From Thermoplasmata archaeon (GTDB lineage: Archaea; Thermoplasmatota; Thermoplasmata; Thermoplasmatales; GCA-001856825), in NCBI GenBank assembly GCA_021792255.1, contig JAJYUZ010000002.1, positions 64,001-128,000 on the forward strand: a DNA stretch of 64,000 nucleotides, written 5' to 3'. The notes beneath the pieces are model-generated. The model saw only the letters and a list, made by a program, of their open reading frames with translations, did not search any database and was not told where the DNA came from. Positions 19,109 through 27,918 of the stretch are shown piece after piece (positions within the stretch are counted from its first letter, which is position 1; each line of letters starts with the position of its first letter). A program made the position numbers and the translations under genes.

Positions 19109-19588
19109 TCATTTCACTTCTAATTTCTTTTGAAATCTTATTGCGTTTCTCGAATCCCCATATGGGGTGTGATAGTAGTCCGGGACAATTTCCCTTATGG
19201 AATATCCATTGCGTTCGTACAGCTTCAGGGCCGATACATTTTTTTCGAAGGTCTCGAGTACGATTCTGGAACATTTCATTTCGATGGATATCTTTTCCAC
19301 TTCGTTCAAGAGGATTTTTCCTACTCCATAACCCTGAAAGTCCGGATCAACCGCAATACTTTCTAGGTGAGACACTTTGGAATTCTTCCTGAAGTAGACC
19401 GTAGCGTACCCAACCAACTTATTGTCCATAATCGAGACTACTGTCACCGAATTGGCTATCTCGAGCATATATCTCAACGATGGATAGTCGTAGGCGTGAC
19501 TTCCAAATGCTCTACCTTCAATTTTCGTTATTTCATCAATGTCCTTGATGGAACCCCTCCTAATTGTGAGTTTAGAAATCTTCGTCAT
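19109..19588 (-). CDS. RimI/Ard1-type GNAT N-acetyltransferase
   Basis: HLESIAVDPDFQGYGVG, NVSALKLYERNGY, YY...NA; ATG 19588 (MTKISKLTIRR) preferred because the upstream part of this frame looks like a by-product of the overlapping acidic ORF. Confidence 0.88.
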   Translation of the reverse strand: MTKISKLTIRRGSIKDIDEITKIEGRAFGSHAYDYPSLRYMLEIANSVTVVSIMDNKLVGYATVYFRKNSKVSHLESIAVDPDFQGYGVGKILLNEVEKISIEMKCSRIVLETFEKNVSALKLYERNGYSIREIVPDYYHTPYGDSRNAIRFQKKLEVK

Positions 19589-19634
19589 CCTCGTCGTCTT
19601 CATCGTCATCGCCTGGTCTTCTCTTGATAGACAC
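19572..19634 (-). CDS. Putative 20-aa acidic micropeptide/leader peptide MSIKRRPGDDDEDDEDDEDF (not in ORF track)
   Basis: GTG preceded by SD-like AAGGAGAGGTG; 11 consecutive GAY/GAR codons with varied third positions; TAA at 19574-19572; TATA-like box upstream. Confidence 0.65.
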   Translation of the reverse strand: MSIKRRPGDDDEDDEDDEDF

Positions 19635-19639
19635 GATAA

Positions 19640-19680
19640 CACCTCTCCTTGTTCGGAATGAAAACTGATTTATTAAAATA
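19640..19680 (-). promoter_or_regulatory. TATA box (TTTTAATAAA) and SD site (AAGGAGAGGTG) for the micropeptide-GNAT-ribL unit
   Basis: Minus strand reads tattttaataaatcagttttcattccgaacaaggagaggtg. Confidence 0.6.
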
Positions 19681-19785
19681 TTTCTACCTTTTTCCGTACA
19701 ACAGTACCTTTTCAATATTTGTCACGGACACTAGTTTCGGGTGTCGTTCAAAAAAGAATTAATAGTCTGGGAAATTGGATAATAC

Positions 19786-20925
19786 ATGGCTGAAGACATT
19801 GTAACCTGTCCGAAGTGTGGTACAGAGATCCCAGTCACTGCTGCACTCAGAGAATCAATAGAAGCAAAGGCAAGCGAACTCTATGATAGGAGGCTCAGGA
19901 CGGAGCTAAACGAGAAGTTGGTCGAGGAAAGGCAGAAAATGAATGAGAAGTTTAGTGAGGAGTACAATTCAAGGTACTCTGAGATAAAGGACAAGATCGA
20001 GGTCAAAGAGAGACACCTCCAAGAGGCTCAGAAGAGGGAAAGCGAGGAGAGGAAGAAGAGAATGGAGTTGGAAGAGACAATCAGAGAGCAAAGGTTAGCC
20101 TCCGAAAGGCAATTTGAAGAAGAGAAGGGGAAGATGAGGGAAAATTTGAGGATAGAATACGATCAAGAATTCAATCTAAAGAGCAGGGAGGTCCAACAAA
20201 CGAATGAGAGTCTGATGAAGCAGGTTCAGGAGCTGAGACAAAAGCTAGAGCAGGGTTCCCAGCAGCTCCAGGGAGAAGTCCTTGAGGAGGAAATAGAGGA
20301 CAAACTGAGGAACGCATTCTCCAGCGATTATATTCAACCAGTACCCCAAGGCATAAAGGGACCGGATCTCATCCATACGGTAAGGAGCCTAGCAGGCATT
20401 GAATCAGGAAAAATTGCCTGGGAAGCAAAGAGAACCAAAGAGTGGAAAGACGAATGGATCGGGAAGCTCAAGGAAGAGCTGGTAAAATATAACGCCGAAA
20501 CCGGAATAATAGTTACCAAAACTCTACCGAAAGAAATCAAGACATTCGGTATGAAGAACGGGGTGCTGATTACCAATTTCGAAAATGCCATCCCACTTTC
20601 AGTCATTGTGAGGACGAATCTCATCGAACTATCACGCCAAAAGAGAATGGGTGAAAGCGGAAATGAAACCAGGGACATTCTTTACAGGTACCTCATGAGC
20701 ACCCAGTTTAGGCAGAGAGTGGAAACGGTGGCAGAAGGAATCGTCAGGATGAAAAATGACATAGAAGCTGAAAAAAGAGCGATGGAAAGACAGTGGGCAA
20801 AAAGGACCAAAGAAATTGAAAAAGCGATGACCAACGTGTCAGGCATGTTCGGAGATCTGCAGGGAATAATAGGACCTACTCTCTCGAACGTCAAAACGCT
20901 CAGTCTTCCGGAAAACGACGAATAA
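19786..20925 (+). CDS. DUF2130-family protein: CxxC, long coiled coil, C-terminal PD-(D/E)xK-like (RmuC-like) domain
   Basis: CPKCG; GSQQLQGEVLE; GPDLIH; WEAKRTKEW...WIGKLK; EKRAMERQWAKR; MFGDLQGI. Confidence 0.88.
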   Translation: MAEDIVTCPKCGTEIPVTAALRESIEAKASELYDRRLRTELNEKLVEERQKMNEKFSEEYNSRYSEIKDKIEVKERHLQEAQKRESEERKKRMELEETIREQRLASERQFEEEKGKMRENLRIEYDQEFNLKSREVQQTNESLMKQVQELRQKLEQGSQQLQGEVLEEEIEDKLRNAFSSDYIQPVPQGIKGPDLIHTVRSLAGIESGKIAWEAKRTKEWKDEWIGKLKEELVKYNAETGIIVTKTLPKEIKTFGMKNGVLITNFENAIPLSVIVRTNLIELSRQKRMGESGNETRDILYRYLMSTQFRQRVETVAEGIVRMKNDIEAEKRAMERQWAKRTKEIEKAMTNVSGMFGDLQGIIGPTLSNVKTLSLPENDE

Positions 20926-20991
20926 TAGAGAAGGAAATTAGAGTCCTTTTAGTCCTCCATACTCCCTTCAAAGTCTAGCAACCCGTCACGA

Positions 20992-21564
20992 CTACTTGTA
21001 CGAGACTCCCATCAGGAAAGCCCCGAAACCAGCTCCCCATAGTAGGAAGGGATAGACTATCAACCTCTCCCAACCTCCGACGCCAAGTACTGGACTGCCG
21101 TATAGGAACAGAACCATGGCAAAGTAGGATAGCACTCCCAGACCCACAGAAATGAACTTGAACGGAGAGGTCTCATATCTGTAGGCATAGATCGCGGTCA
21201 GAGGTCCGACGATGAACGTGAAGTCTGACACGTAACCGTGAATAGACCCGAAATTTTCGTTAAAGACGCCAACCAGAAGTGCTCCGAGTCCGGTCAGAGC
21301 CATCAATATTGGAAATATCTTGTCGTCGAATCCTCGATATACAAAGTAGGCTGTTGCTATGACTGCTAGGCCTAGAAGTGAAATGGACGTATCAAACAGG
21401 AATCCGGTAGCTCCGACTCCGAGGTCGCTAATGTAGTTGTTTGCTATGCTATAGTGAGGATAAAGCGCTTCCGTTATAAACAACATAATGGTAAACTGCA
21501 CTGAAAAGACGAACAGGAGAACGCCTGCAATGTTCAAGCTCTTCTTAGAGGCTACTTTTTGCAT
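20992..21564 (-). CDS. DUF998-family membrane protein
   Basis: YPHYSIANNYISDLG, VGVF, IH, GGWERLIVYP. Confidence 0.85.
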   Translation of the reverse strand: MQKVASKKSLNIAGVLLFVFSVQFTIMLFITEALYPHYSIANNYISDLGVGATGFLFDTSISLLGLAVIATAYFVYRGFDDKIFPILMALTGLGALLVGVFNENFGSIHGYVSDFTFIVGPLTAIYAYRYETSPFKFISVGLGVLSYFAMVLFLYGSPVLGVGGWERLIVYPFLLWGAGFGAFLMGVSYK

Positions 21565-21646
21565 GCAACTCAATAATCGAATTCATTAATATATCTAGCG
21601 GAGGATGTGAGGAATAAGGATTTATTTAAAGTAACTCTTCACAGTA

Positions 21647-22354
21647 GTGCTTAGAAAAAGTTTTAAGTCTTCTCTTGGAACCGTATCGTATCTCGAGCGA
21701 AAGGGTTCTCTTCCAGTCATCTTTCTTCACGGACTGGGAGGTACCGGTAATTCCTGGATGAAACTTTCACATTTCGTGCACGAAGAATTTGGACTGTATT
21801 TTTTGGATCTCCTGGGGCACGGCAAGTCGGAGAAACCCTCAATTGAGTATACTATCGATGCGCAGGAAACAGTCATCGACGAATTTGTTGCCAGTCAGGG
21901 GTTTGATGAGATTTCACTTATGGGAAACTCCTACGGAGGATGGATTGCAATGAGGTACTCATTAGATAAGCACCAGCCGACCCACCTGGTACTGGAAGAC
22001 AGTGCAGGGATCAACAGGACATTTGGAGAGTTGGGAGAAGAATATAGAAACAATTTTGTGAAAGCAATTGTAGGGAGCAACTCTCTGAACGTCGAGGCTG
22101 TGATCAGAAGCATCTTGAAGAATAACTCAAATCCCGCTTGGAAAATGAGAGAGACTGAGCTGAAGAAGTTGTCAGCAAAGACACTGATAATATGGGGGAA
22201 AGAGGACAAAGTAATCGCCATCGATTATGGCAGAAAACTTAGAGAACTGATCCCCGGAAGCGAGATCTTAGAGCTGGAGGGTGCTGGTCACGTCCCACAC
22301 TTCGAATTTCCGGAGAGAGTGGCCAAAATCTTAAACGCATTCTTGAAAACTTAG
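21647..22354 (+). CDS. Alpha/beta hydrolase
   Basis: HGLGG, DLLGHGKS, GNSYGG nucleophile, WGKED, GHVPH. Confidence 0.92.
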   Translation: MLRKSFKSSLGTVSYLERKGSLPVIFLHGLGGTGNSWMKLSHFVHEEFGLYFLDLLGHGKSEKPSIEYTIDAQETVIDEFVASQGFDEISLMGNSYGGWIAMRYSLDKHQPTHLVLEDSAGINRTFGELGEEYRNNFVKAIVGSNSLNVEAVIRSILKNNSNPAWKMRETELKKLSAKTLIIWGKEDKVIAIDYGRKLRELIPGSEILELEGAGHVPHFEFPERVAKILNAFLKT

Positions 22355-22401
22355 TTTCTGGTAATCCAGAAATCTTATATTCCAGAAACCTATTGTCCGT
22401 C

Positions 22402-22860
22402 ATGGCAGAAAATAAAGAACAAAACGAAAAGGAAGATACCGGAAACATTTCTATTAAGGGTGTTCAGAAGAGACTCTACGACAGAGTCAAGAATCTCGCG
22501 AGAGATACAGGTAAGACTGTAGGAGATATCACAAACGACGCTTTCAAGGTCGTCCTTGCAGCAGCAGGAGAAACAAAAAAAGTTGGAGAAGAATTCATTC
22601 AGGCAGTTAGGGACTCAAAGTCTACATACGTTCAAGACCTGAACGCTATAGAAATCACCGGTCCGGAACTTGAGAAGAACAACAAGAAAGTGAACTTCAA
22701 GAACATACAAAATCTCACCTTCAAGGATATTACAGAGATAGATTTCGACAACTACGTCGAGTCGATAGTTAACGTAAAGAATCTCGAAATCCCAAAAGGA
22801 ATCTCTAAATTCAAGATCCTTGAGAGAGTAAAATACGTCGACAGTCTTAAGTTCGTCTAA
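22402..22860 (+). CDS. Hypothetical protein with N-terminal ribbon-helix-helix-like domain
   Basis: ISIKGVQKRLYDRVKNLARDTGKTVGDITNDAF fits the Arc/CopG pattern; beta-rich C-terminal domain. Confidence 0.7.
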   Translation: MAENKEQNEKEDTGNISIKGVQKRLYDRVKNLARDTGKTVGDITNDAFKVVLAAAGETKKVGEEFIQAVRDSKSTYVQDLNAIEITGPELEKNNKKVNFKNIQNLTFKDITEIDFDNYVESIVNVKNLEIPKGISKFKILERVKYVDSLKFV

Positions 22861-22895
22861 ACTAAGGCAAAATTAATTTGGCTTAGTCAAATTAA
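22861..22895. promoter_or_regulatory. Overlapping inverted repeats upstream of tauE (candidate operator)
   Basis: TTAATTTG-gcttagt-CAAATTAA (22873-22895) overlapping ACTAAG.CAAA...TTTG.CTTAGT (22861-22887). Confidence 0.5.
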
Positions 22896-22900
22896 CCAAA

Positions 22901-23752
22901 GTGTTTGACTTAACTCTAGAATATATCCTCTTAATTATTGCCGCTTCTGTCATCGCTGGAATTATTGGGTCGATGGCGGGACTGGGAGGAGGAGTCCTGA
23001 TTGTCCCTTTTCTTTCTCTCTATTTTCGCGTTCCAATTTCTTTAGCTATCGGTGCCTCGATTATATCGGTGATTGCTACTTCCAGTGGATCTGCATCAGC
23101 TTATGTCCGGGACAAGATTTCAAACATAAGGGTGGGAACTTTTCTGGTACTCTTTACAACGTCAGGGGCAATATTGGGTGCTTTTCTTGAGAGAATTGCT
23201 CCAAGAAATATAATTTTTCTTACCTTTGGCATCGTCCTTTTGATTTCGGTGTTGCCACTGATCAGGAAGATTGGACAGGTCGTTCCGGAAAACGTGAAAA
23301 ACGACACGATTTCCGAGAAACTCTCTCTTAACTCTCACTTTCATAGTGCAGAGCTCGACAGAGAAGTGGAATACAACGTCACTGGGACAAAGAGTGGATC
23401 GGCTATGATGTTAGTCGCGGGAGTTCTGTCGGGCCTGCTGGGTATCGGTTCCGGCGTCTTCAAGGTCATAGCGATGGACACATTCATGAAGCTTCCAATC
23501 AAGGTCTCCACCACCACCTCCAATTTCATGATAGGAATGACGGCTGCTGCAAGTGCGGGAATATATTTCTTCAACGGAGACGTAAATCCGTTCATCGCAG
23601 CCCCAGTGGCTACGGGAGTTCTCATCGGAGCAATTGTTGGTTCAAGACTGCTCTTGAAAACAAAGAGTTCAACGATTAGGGTGCTGTTTGGAGTGATTAT
23701 AGTCGTGGTTGCAGTCGAGATGCTGCTCAATGGGGTGGGAATACGAGTCTGA
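22901..23752 (+). CDS. TauE/SafE (TSUP) family sulfite/anion exporter
   Basis: GLGGGVLIVP, ATSSGSA, GLLGIGSG, KVSTTTSNFMIG. Confidence 0.92.
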   Translation: MFDLTLEYILLIIAASVIAGIIGSMAGLGGGVLIVPFLSLYFRVPISLAIGASIISVIATSSGSASAYVRDKISNIRVGTFLVLFTTSGAILGAFLERIAPRNIIFLTFGIVLLISVLPLIRKIGQVVPENVKNDTISEKLSLNSHFHSAELDREVEYNVTGTKSGSAMMLVAGVLSGLLGIGSGVFKVIAMDTFMKLPIKVSTTTSNFMIGMTAAASAGIYFFNGDVNPFIAAPVATGVLIGAIVGSRLLLKTKSSTIRVLFGVIIVVVAVEMLLNGVGIRV

Positions 23753-23799
23753 CAGATCTCTCCGAGCATAACAAGATAGAGGCTGAGAAAGAAGAGGAA

Positions 23800-24189
23800 G
23801 TGAATCTATCTTCAAGAGTACTTTCATACTATCTTATCTGGAGTGTACTCGTTTCCCTTACCATAATAGTCATAGGAACAGTAGAGTACCTAGTGACGGG
23901 CTCATCAGGTTACGTCAACCTGTCCCTTACACAATTGCTGAAGGCGGGAGGCTTATCTACGACTGCCTTTCCTCACTACATCTATACAATAATAACCGGA
24001 ATGTTAGAATTCAAGTCATTTGCAATTATTCAATTCGGAGTACTCCTTCTGATACTATCACCGATCGGAAGAATATTCCTGCAGATTCTGATCTATGCGA
24101 AAGAACGAGACAGGTCCTTTACAGTCATCGCAGCGGTCGTATTCCTGATACTACTCGCATCTCTTTATCTGTCAAAATTTATTTCGTAG
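23800..24189 (+). CDS. DUF1634-family membrane protein (possible CTG start at 23749)
   Basis: IIQFGVLLLILSPIGR...ERD; usual partner of this TSUP subfamily. Confidence 0.85.
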   Translation: MNLSSRVLSYYLIWSVLVSLTIIVIGTVEYLVTGSSGYVNLSLTQLLKAGGLSTTAFPHYIYTIITGMLEFKSFAIIQFGVLLLILSPIGRIFLQILIYAKERDRSFTVIAAVVFLILLASLYLSKFIS

Positions 24190-24244
24190 GCGGGATCGTC
24201 TGGATTCTCTTTTCCTAATAATGGTGGTTTCTCCCATTTTTGCG

Positions 24245-24721
24245 CTAGAGTTTCCTTCCGTAAATCGATAGAATGCTCCTCATTCCAAGTCCGGTGTAGA
24301 ATTTGTGAGCCAGCAGGTTTTCCGTTGGAAACTCGACAGTGATCATATCGCACCCCTTTCCCTTTTCCTTATCCACCAGCGCGTTTAGGAGCTTCTTTCC
24401 AAGTCCGCCCTTCCTGTATTCCGGCAGCAGGTATATCTCGGTCACCCTCAGTTCCTTTCTTGGCTGATAAAAGGGTCTCTCCAGTATCTCTCCCATTATC
24501 ACTCCCACTATCTTTCCTTTGAATGCCGCGACCAGAGCGTCTCTCGTCTCGAGCTTTATTGCACTTTGAAGATATTTCGGCACATTCGTTTCTAGATCCG
24601 TCGATACGTTGAAAAGTGGGTCATGCTCTGAATTGAATTTCTTTAATCGCATTACTAGGTTAGAAGCATCTTTCACGTCTTCTATTTTCAAGTCCCTTAT
24701 TTCGATTTCTTCCATTTTCAT
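24245..24721 (-). CDS. GNAT N-acetyltransferase
   Basis: IYLLPEYRKGGLGKKL, NLLAHKFYTGLG; ATGA overlap with malic enzyme. Confidence 0.88.
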   Translation of the reverse strand: MKMEEIEIRDLKIEDVKDASNLVMRLKKFNSEHDPLFNVSTDLETNVPKYLQSAIKLETRDALVAAFKGKIVGVIMGEILERPFYQPRKELRVTEIYLLPEYRKGGLGKKLLNALVDKEKGKGCDMITVEFPTENLLAHKFYTGLGMRSILSIYGRKL

Positions 24722-26052
24722 TTCACCTTCTTTATAAGCTCCATGTCCATCATTTTTTCTATCATTTCCCTGTTACTAGATATGATTTCCTTGGCCCTCT
24801 CTAGATATTCTGCCTTGCTCATCCTGACTCTCGCCAAGTCTTCCTTTACTCCCTCATCGGCGATAGCTGCTGCGACTCTTGGAAACACTTCCCATTCTTC
24901 CATCGTCGGGATAATGTACTGATCGCTGAGACCATTCTCCTCCGCGAAGAGGGCAAGCTCCTTCGAAGCCCTCACTACCATCGACTCGCTAATCTTCCTG
25001 ACTCTAGCGTCGAGCGCTCCTCTAAATACGCCTGGAAATACGAGACTGTTGTTGATCTGATTAGGGAAATCCGACCTTCCAGTTCCCACTATCTCTGCTC
25101 CGTATTCCTTTGCCTCGTTTGGCCAGATTTCTGGCACCGGATTTGCTAGTGCAAAGACTATGGACCTCTTCTCCATTTTCCTGATCCATTCTCCCTTGAT
25201 TATTCCCGGTCCAGGCTTGGATGCAGCTATAAGAACGTCTGCTCCATCGAGTGCGTCTTGAATTTCACCTACAATCCTCCTCTTATTCGTCCTTATCCCT
25301 AGATCATATTTCCAAGGGTTGTCTCTCATCAGTACATCCATATCTTCCCTTTCGGGATGAAGAATCCCGTGAGAATCCACTGCAACTATGTTTCCGATGC
25401 CGAACCCGGCGGCTTCGAATAACTTGATAGTCGCTATGTTCGCAGCTCCAGATCCCACAACGACAATTTTCGTATCCCTTTCCCTTCTACCGGTGACCTT
25501 GAGAGCATTGAGAAGACCCGCCAATGTTGCTCCAGCAGTACCAAGTTGATCGTCGTGCCAGACAGGTATATTCATTTCTTTTCGTAGTGTTTCTAGAAGG
25601 TAGAAGCACTTGGGTGATTCTATGTCTTCGAGATTAATTCCACCGAATGCAGGCTCAATTGCCTTTACCGTGTTCACGATCTGATCTTTCTCGTGAACGT
25701 TGATCGGAATTGGGATGGCATCAACTCCTCCCAGATACTTGAATATGAGTCCTTTGCCCTCCATCACCGGAAGAGAGGCCTCGGGGCCTACGTTTCCGAG
25801 TCCCAAAACTCTGGTTCCATCCGTAACTATTGCAACAGCATTCCATCTCCACGTCATGTCGAAGGATAGGTCCTTCTCCTTGGCTATCTCGAGAGAGACA
25901 GCCGCAACTCCCGGTGTGTACCACACGGAAAAGTCTTCAAGGCTTCTGACGGGGACCTTGAGCATTGTTTGAATCTTCCCTAAATAATCCTTGGAGTACT
26001 TGATGGCCAGATCGGAAAAATTCTTACCACCAGTTTCCCCCTCATTTCTCAT
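24718..26052 (-). CDS. mae: NAD(P)-dependent malic enzyme
   Basis: YTPGVA, TDGTRVLGLGN, PVMEGK, NLEDI, HDDQLGT, GSGAAN, ALANPVPEI, GRSDFPNQINN. Confidence 0.96.
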   Translation of the reverse strand: MRNEGETGGKNFSDLAIKYSKDYLGKIQTMLKVPVRSLEDFSVWYTPGVAAVSLEIAKEKDLSFDMTWRWNAVAIVTDGTRVLGLGNVGPEASLPVMEGKGLIFKYLGGVDAIPIPINVHEKDQIVNTVKAIEPAFGGINLEDIESPKCFYLLETLRKEMNIPVWHDDQLGTAGATLAGLLNALKVTGRRERDTKIVVVGSGAANIATIKLFEAAGFGIGNIVAVDSHGILHPEREDMDVLMRDNPWKYDLGIRTNKRRIVGEIQDALDGADVLIAASKPGPGIIKGEWIRKMEKRSIVFALANPVPEIWPNEAKEYGAEIVGTGRSDFPNQINNSLVFPGVFRGALDARVRKISESMVVRASKELALFAEENGLSDQYIIPTMEEWEVFPRVAAAIADEGVKEDLARVRMSKAEYLERAKEIISSNREMIEKMMDMELIKKVK

Positions 26053-26234
26053 ATAACGGTATAGCAAACGGGATGTTAAATATTGTCAGGACCGCATATA
26101 GGACGTGATTTTAGACGAATGTAACATTTTTAGAACGCGAATGCTTAAAACTCGGACTCATTCGAAACCTACGGAACACGGAGATCAAGAAGTCCTCGTA
26201 GAAAGTATTTAGAATAAGTTCCAATTACAAACCC

Positions 26235-26756
26235 ATGACCGATTTAAGAGATCAGGTCGTAGAAGATAGAGGAGTAATTAAAAAGATCCAACTAATATTC
26301 CCTGGGTATCATGGTTACAGGATAAATGAGGACCTTAGAGATGCGGACGTGATTTTGAAGGACGAATTGTACAAGAAAATGCTTGACGTAATATCCAATC
26401 TAAAATCCGGTGAAGGCTCGCTAGTGAGCAATGGCCAGTTCAAAGATTTAGAATCAATAGGGGCCATGAGATCGAGGATTCAGACTGCGGCCGAGGTGCT
26501 AAAGCATCACGGGACAGGTTATTCAGGTATATCCGCACCAGTCAAGGTCGATGCAAAAAAAATTTCTGCTCTATATGACCTAGATGTGAAGATATTCGAG
26601 CAGATTCAAAATCTGCAGAGCGCCATGAACTCATTCGTCCAGGCGTGTTCTTCCGGAAGTTTCGATCAAGCAAAACTTCAGGATGTAAATAATGACATCG
26701 CTGCAATAACGAACCTTAACAACAGCAGAGAAACCCTACTCTATGGAGGTGTCTAA
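26235..26756 (+). CDS. Conserved helical hypothetical protein, first gene of the SPFH operon
   Basis: PGYHGY...EDLRDAD motif, GYSG; amphipathic helices; abuts the next gene. Confidence 0.8.
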   Translation: MTDLRDQVVEDRGVIKKIQLIFPGYHGYRINEDLRDADVILKDELYKKMLDVISNLKSGEGSLVSNGQFKDLESIGAMRSRIQTAAEVLKHHGTGYSGISAPVKVDAKKISALYDLDVKIFEQIQNLQSAMNSFVQACSSGSFDQAKLQDVNNDIAAITNLNNSRETLLYGGV

Positions 26757-27917
26757 ATGCCTTTCGGAAGAAGGGGGGACATTCCAGCGAAGGGTGGAAG
26801 TGTATTCGGCTCTACCACTTTTGAGTGGGAAGACCAGTTCAAGCAAGGAAACATAATGTGGAAAGTACCAAGACTGATCAGGCTTAACGACAACGCTGTA
26901 GTCCGGGAAGACGAAACGGCGGTATTCTTCAGGGATGGTAAGGCGATCTGGTACATTGATAAACCAGGAAGATACGCCCTCACGGACCTCAACGCCCCCA
27001 TCGTGGGTGGGCTCGTAAAAGTACTCACGGGCGTCCAACAGCAGGCGTACGTTTATTATCTTCAGAGAAGAATACTTGACGGAAAGTTTGGCTCTAAAGA
27101 ACCGTACGCGTTCAGAGACAAGGACTTCGATATAGTTATGCTAAGGCTCTTTGGAGATATGAGGTACAGGATTTCGGATCCTTCAATATTTATCAATCAG
27201 TTTGTTGGTACGTTCAATGTCGAGACGAGCGCGGACGTCGAAACCAGAATTAGAGATCAGGTTGTGCTTTTGATATACAACATTCTGGGTAAGATGAAGG
27301 ATCAAGGGATATCGGTCTTGGACCTTCCCTCCAATCTGATGAACATAGAGGAAGCCGTACTAGCTTCTGCCAAGGCTGCTTTTGATCAGTACGGAGTCGA
27401 GATCAACAAGATATCTGGACTGAACATCTCTCTTCCCGAAGAGGTACAGAAAGCAATAGACACGCGATCAAGCATGAAAGTCGTTGGAGCAAACTATATG
27501 CAATTCCAGGCCGGTCAGGCAATAGTAGATGCTGCAAAAAATCCGGGTGGGTTGGCCGGAGCGGGAGTGGGACTTGGAATGGGAATGGGTGCGGGAGCCG
27601 GAATGGCCTATCCCATGGCATCCAACATTTCTCAGGGAATGAATCAACAGCAACCTCCTCCAGTTGAAAGGAAAGTCAAGAAGTGCCCCAAGTGCCAAAG
27701 CGATGCTGACGAGAATGCTAAATTTTGCCCGTCCTGCGGATTCGACTTTTCAACGGAAGGTCTCATGAAATGTCCATCCTGCGGAAAGGACATTCCCAAG
27801 ACCTCGAAGTTTTGCCCAGAGTGCGGAAAGTCTATCGTAACAAAATGCCCCAAGTGTGGAACCGATGTCTCAACCGGAACCAAATTCTGTCCAAACTGTG
27901 GAGAGAAGGTGAACTGA
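26757..27917 (+). CDS. SPFH/Band-7 domain protein (YdjI-like) with Gly-rich linker and three C-terminal zinc ribbons
   Basis: VVREDETAVFFRDGK, PGRY, KFGS, ISLPEEV, GAGVGLGMGMGAG, six CxxC motifs; SD GGAGGT. Confidence 0.9.
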   Translation: MPFGRRGDIPAKGGSVFGSTTFEWEDQFKQGNIMWKVPRLIRLNDNAVVREDETAVFFRDGKAIWYIDKPGRYALTDLNAPIVGGLVKVLTGVQQQAYVYYLQRRILDGKFGSKEPYAFRDKDFDIVMLRLFGDMRYRISDPSIFINQFVGTFNVETSADVETRIRDQVVLLIYNILGKMKDQGISVLDLPSNLMNIEEAVLASAKAAFDQYGVEINKISGLNISLPEEVQKAIDTRSSMKVVGANYMQFQAGQAIVDAAKNPGGLAGAGVGLGMGMGAGAGMAYPMASNISQGMNQQQPPPVERKVKKCPKCQSDADENAKFCPSCGFDFSTEGLMKCPSCGKDIPKTSKFCPECGKSIVTKCPKCGTDVSTGTKFCPNCGEKVN

Positions 27918-27918
27918 A

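Noticed and set aside
19589-19642. N-terminal extension MLSCLSREDQAMTMKTTR of the GNAT
   Set aside because: Its GTG lies inside the SD sequence, and the M/T/K pattern is explained as the shifted frame of the Asp/Glu codon run
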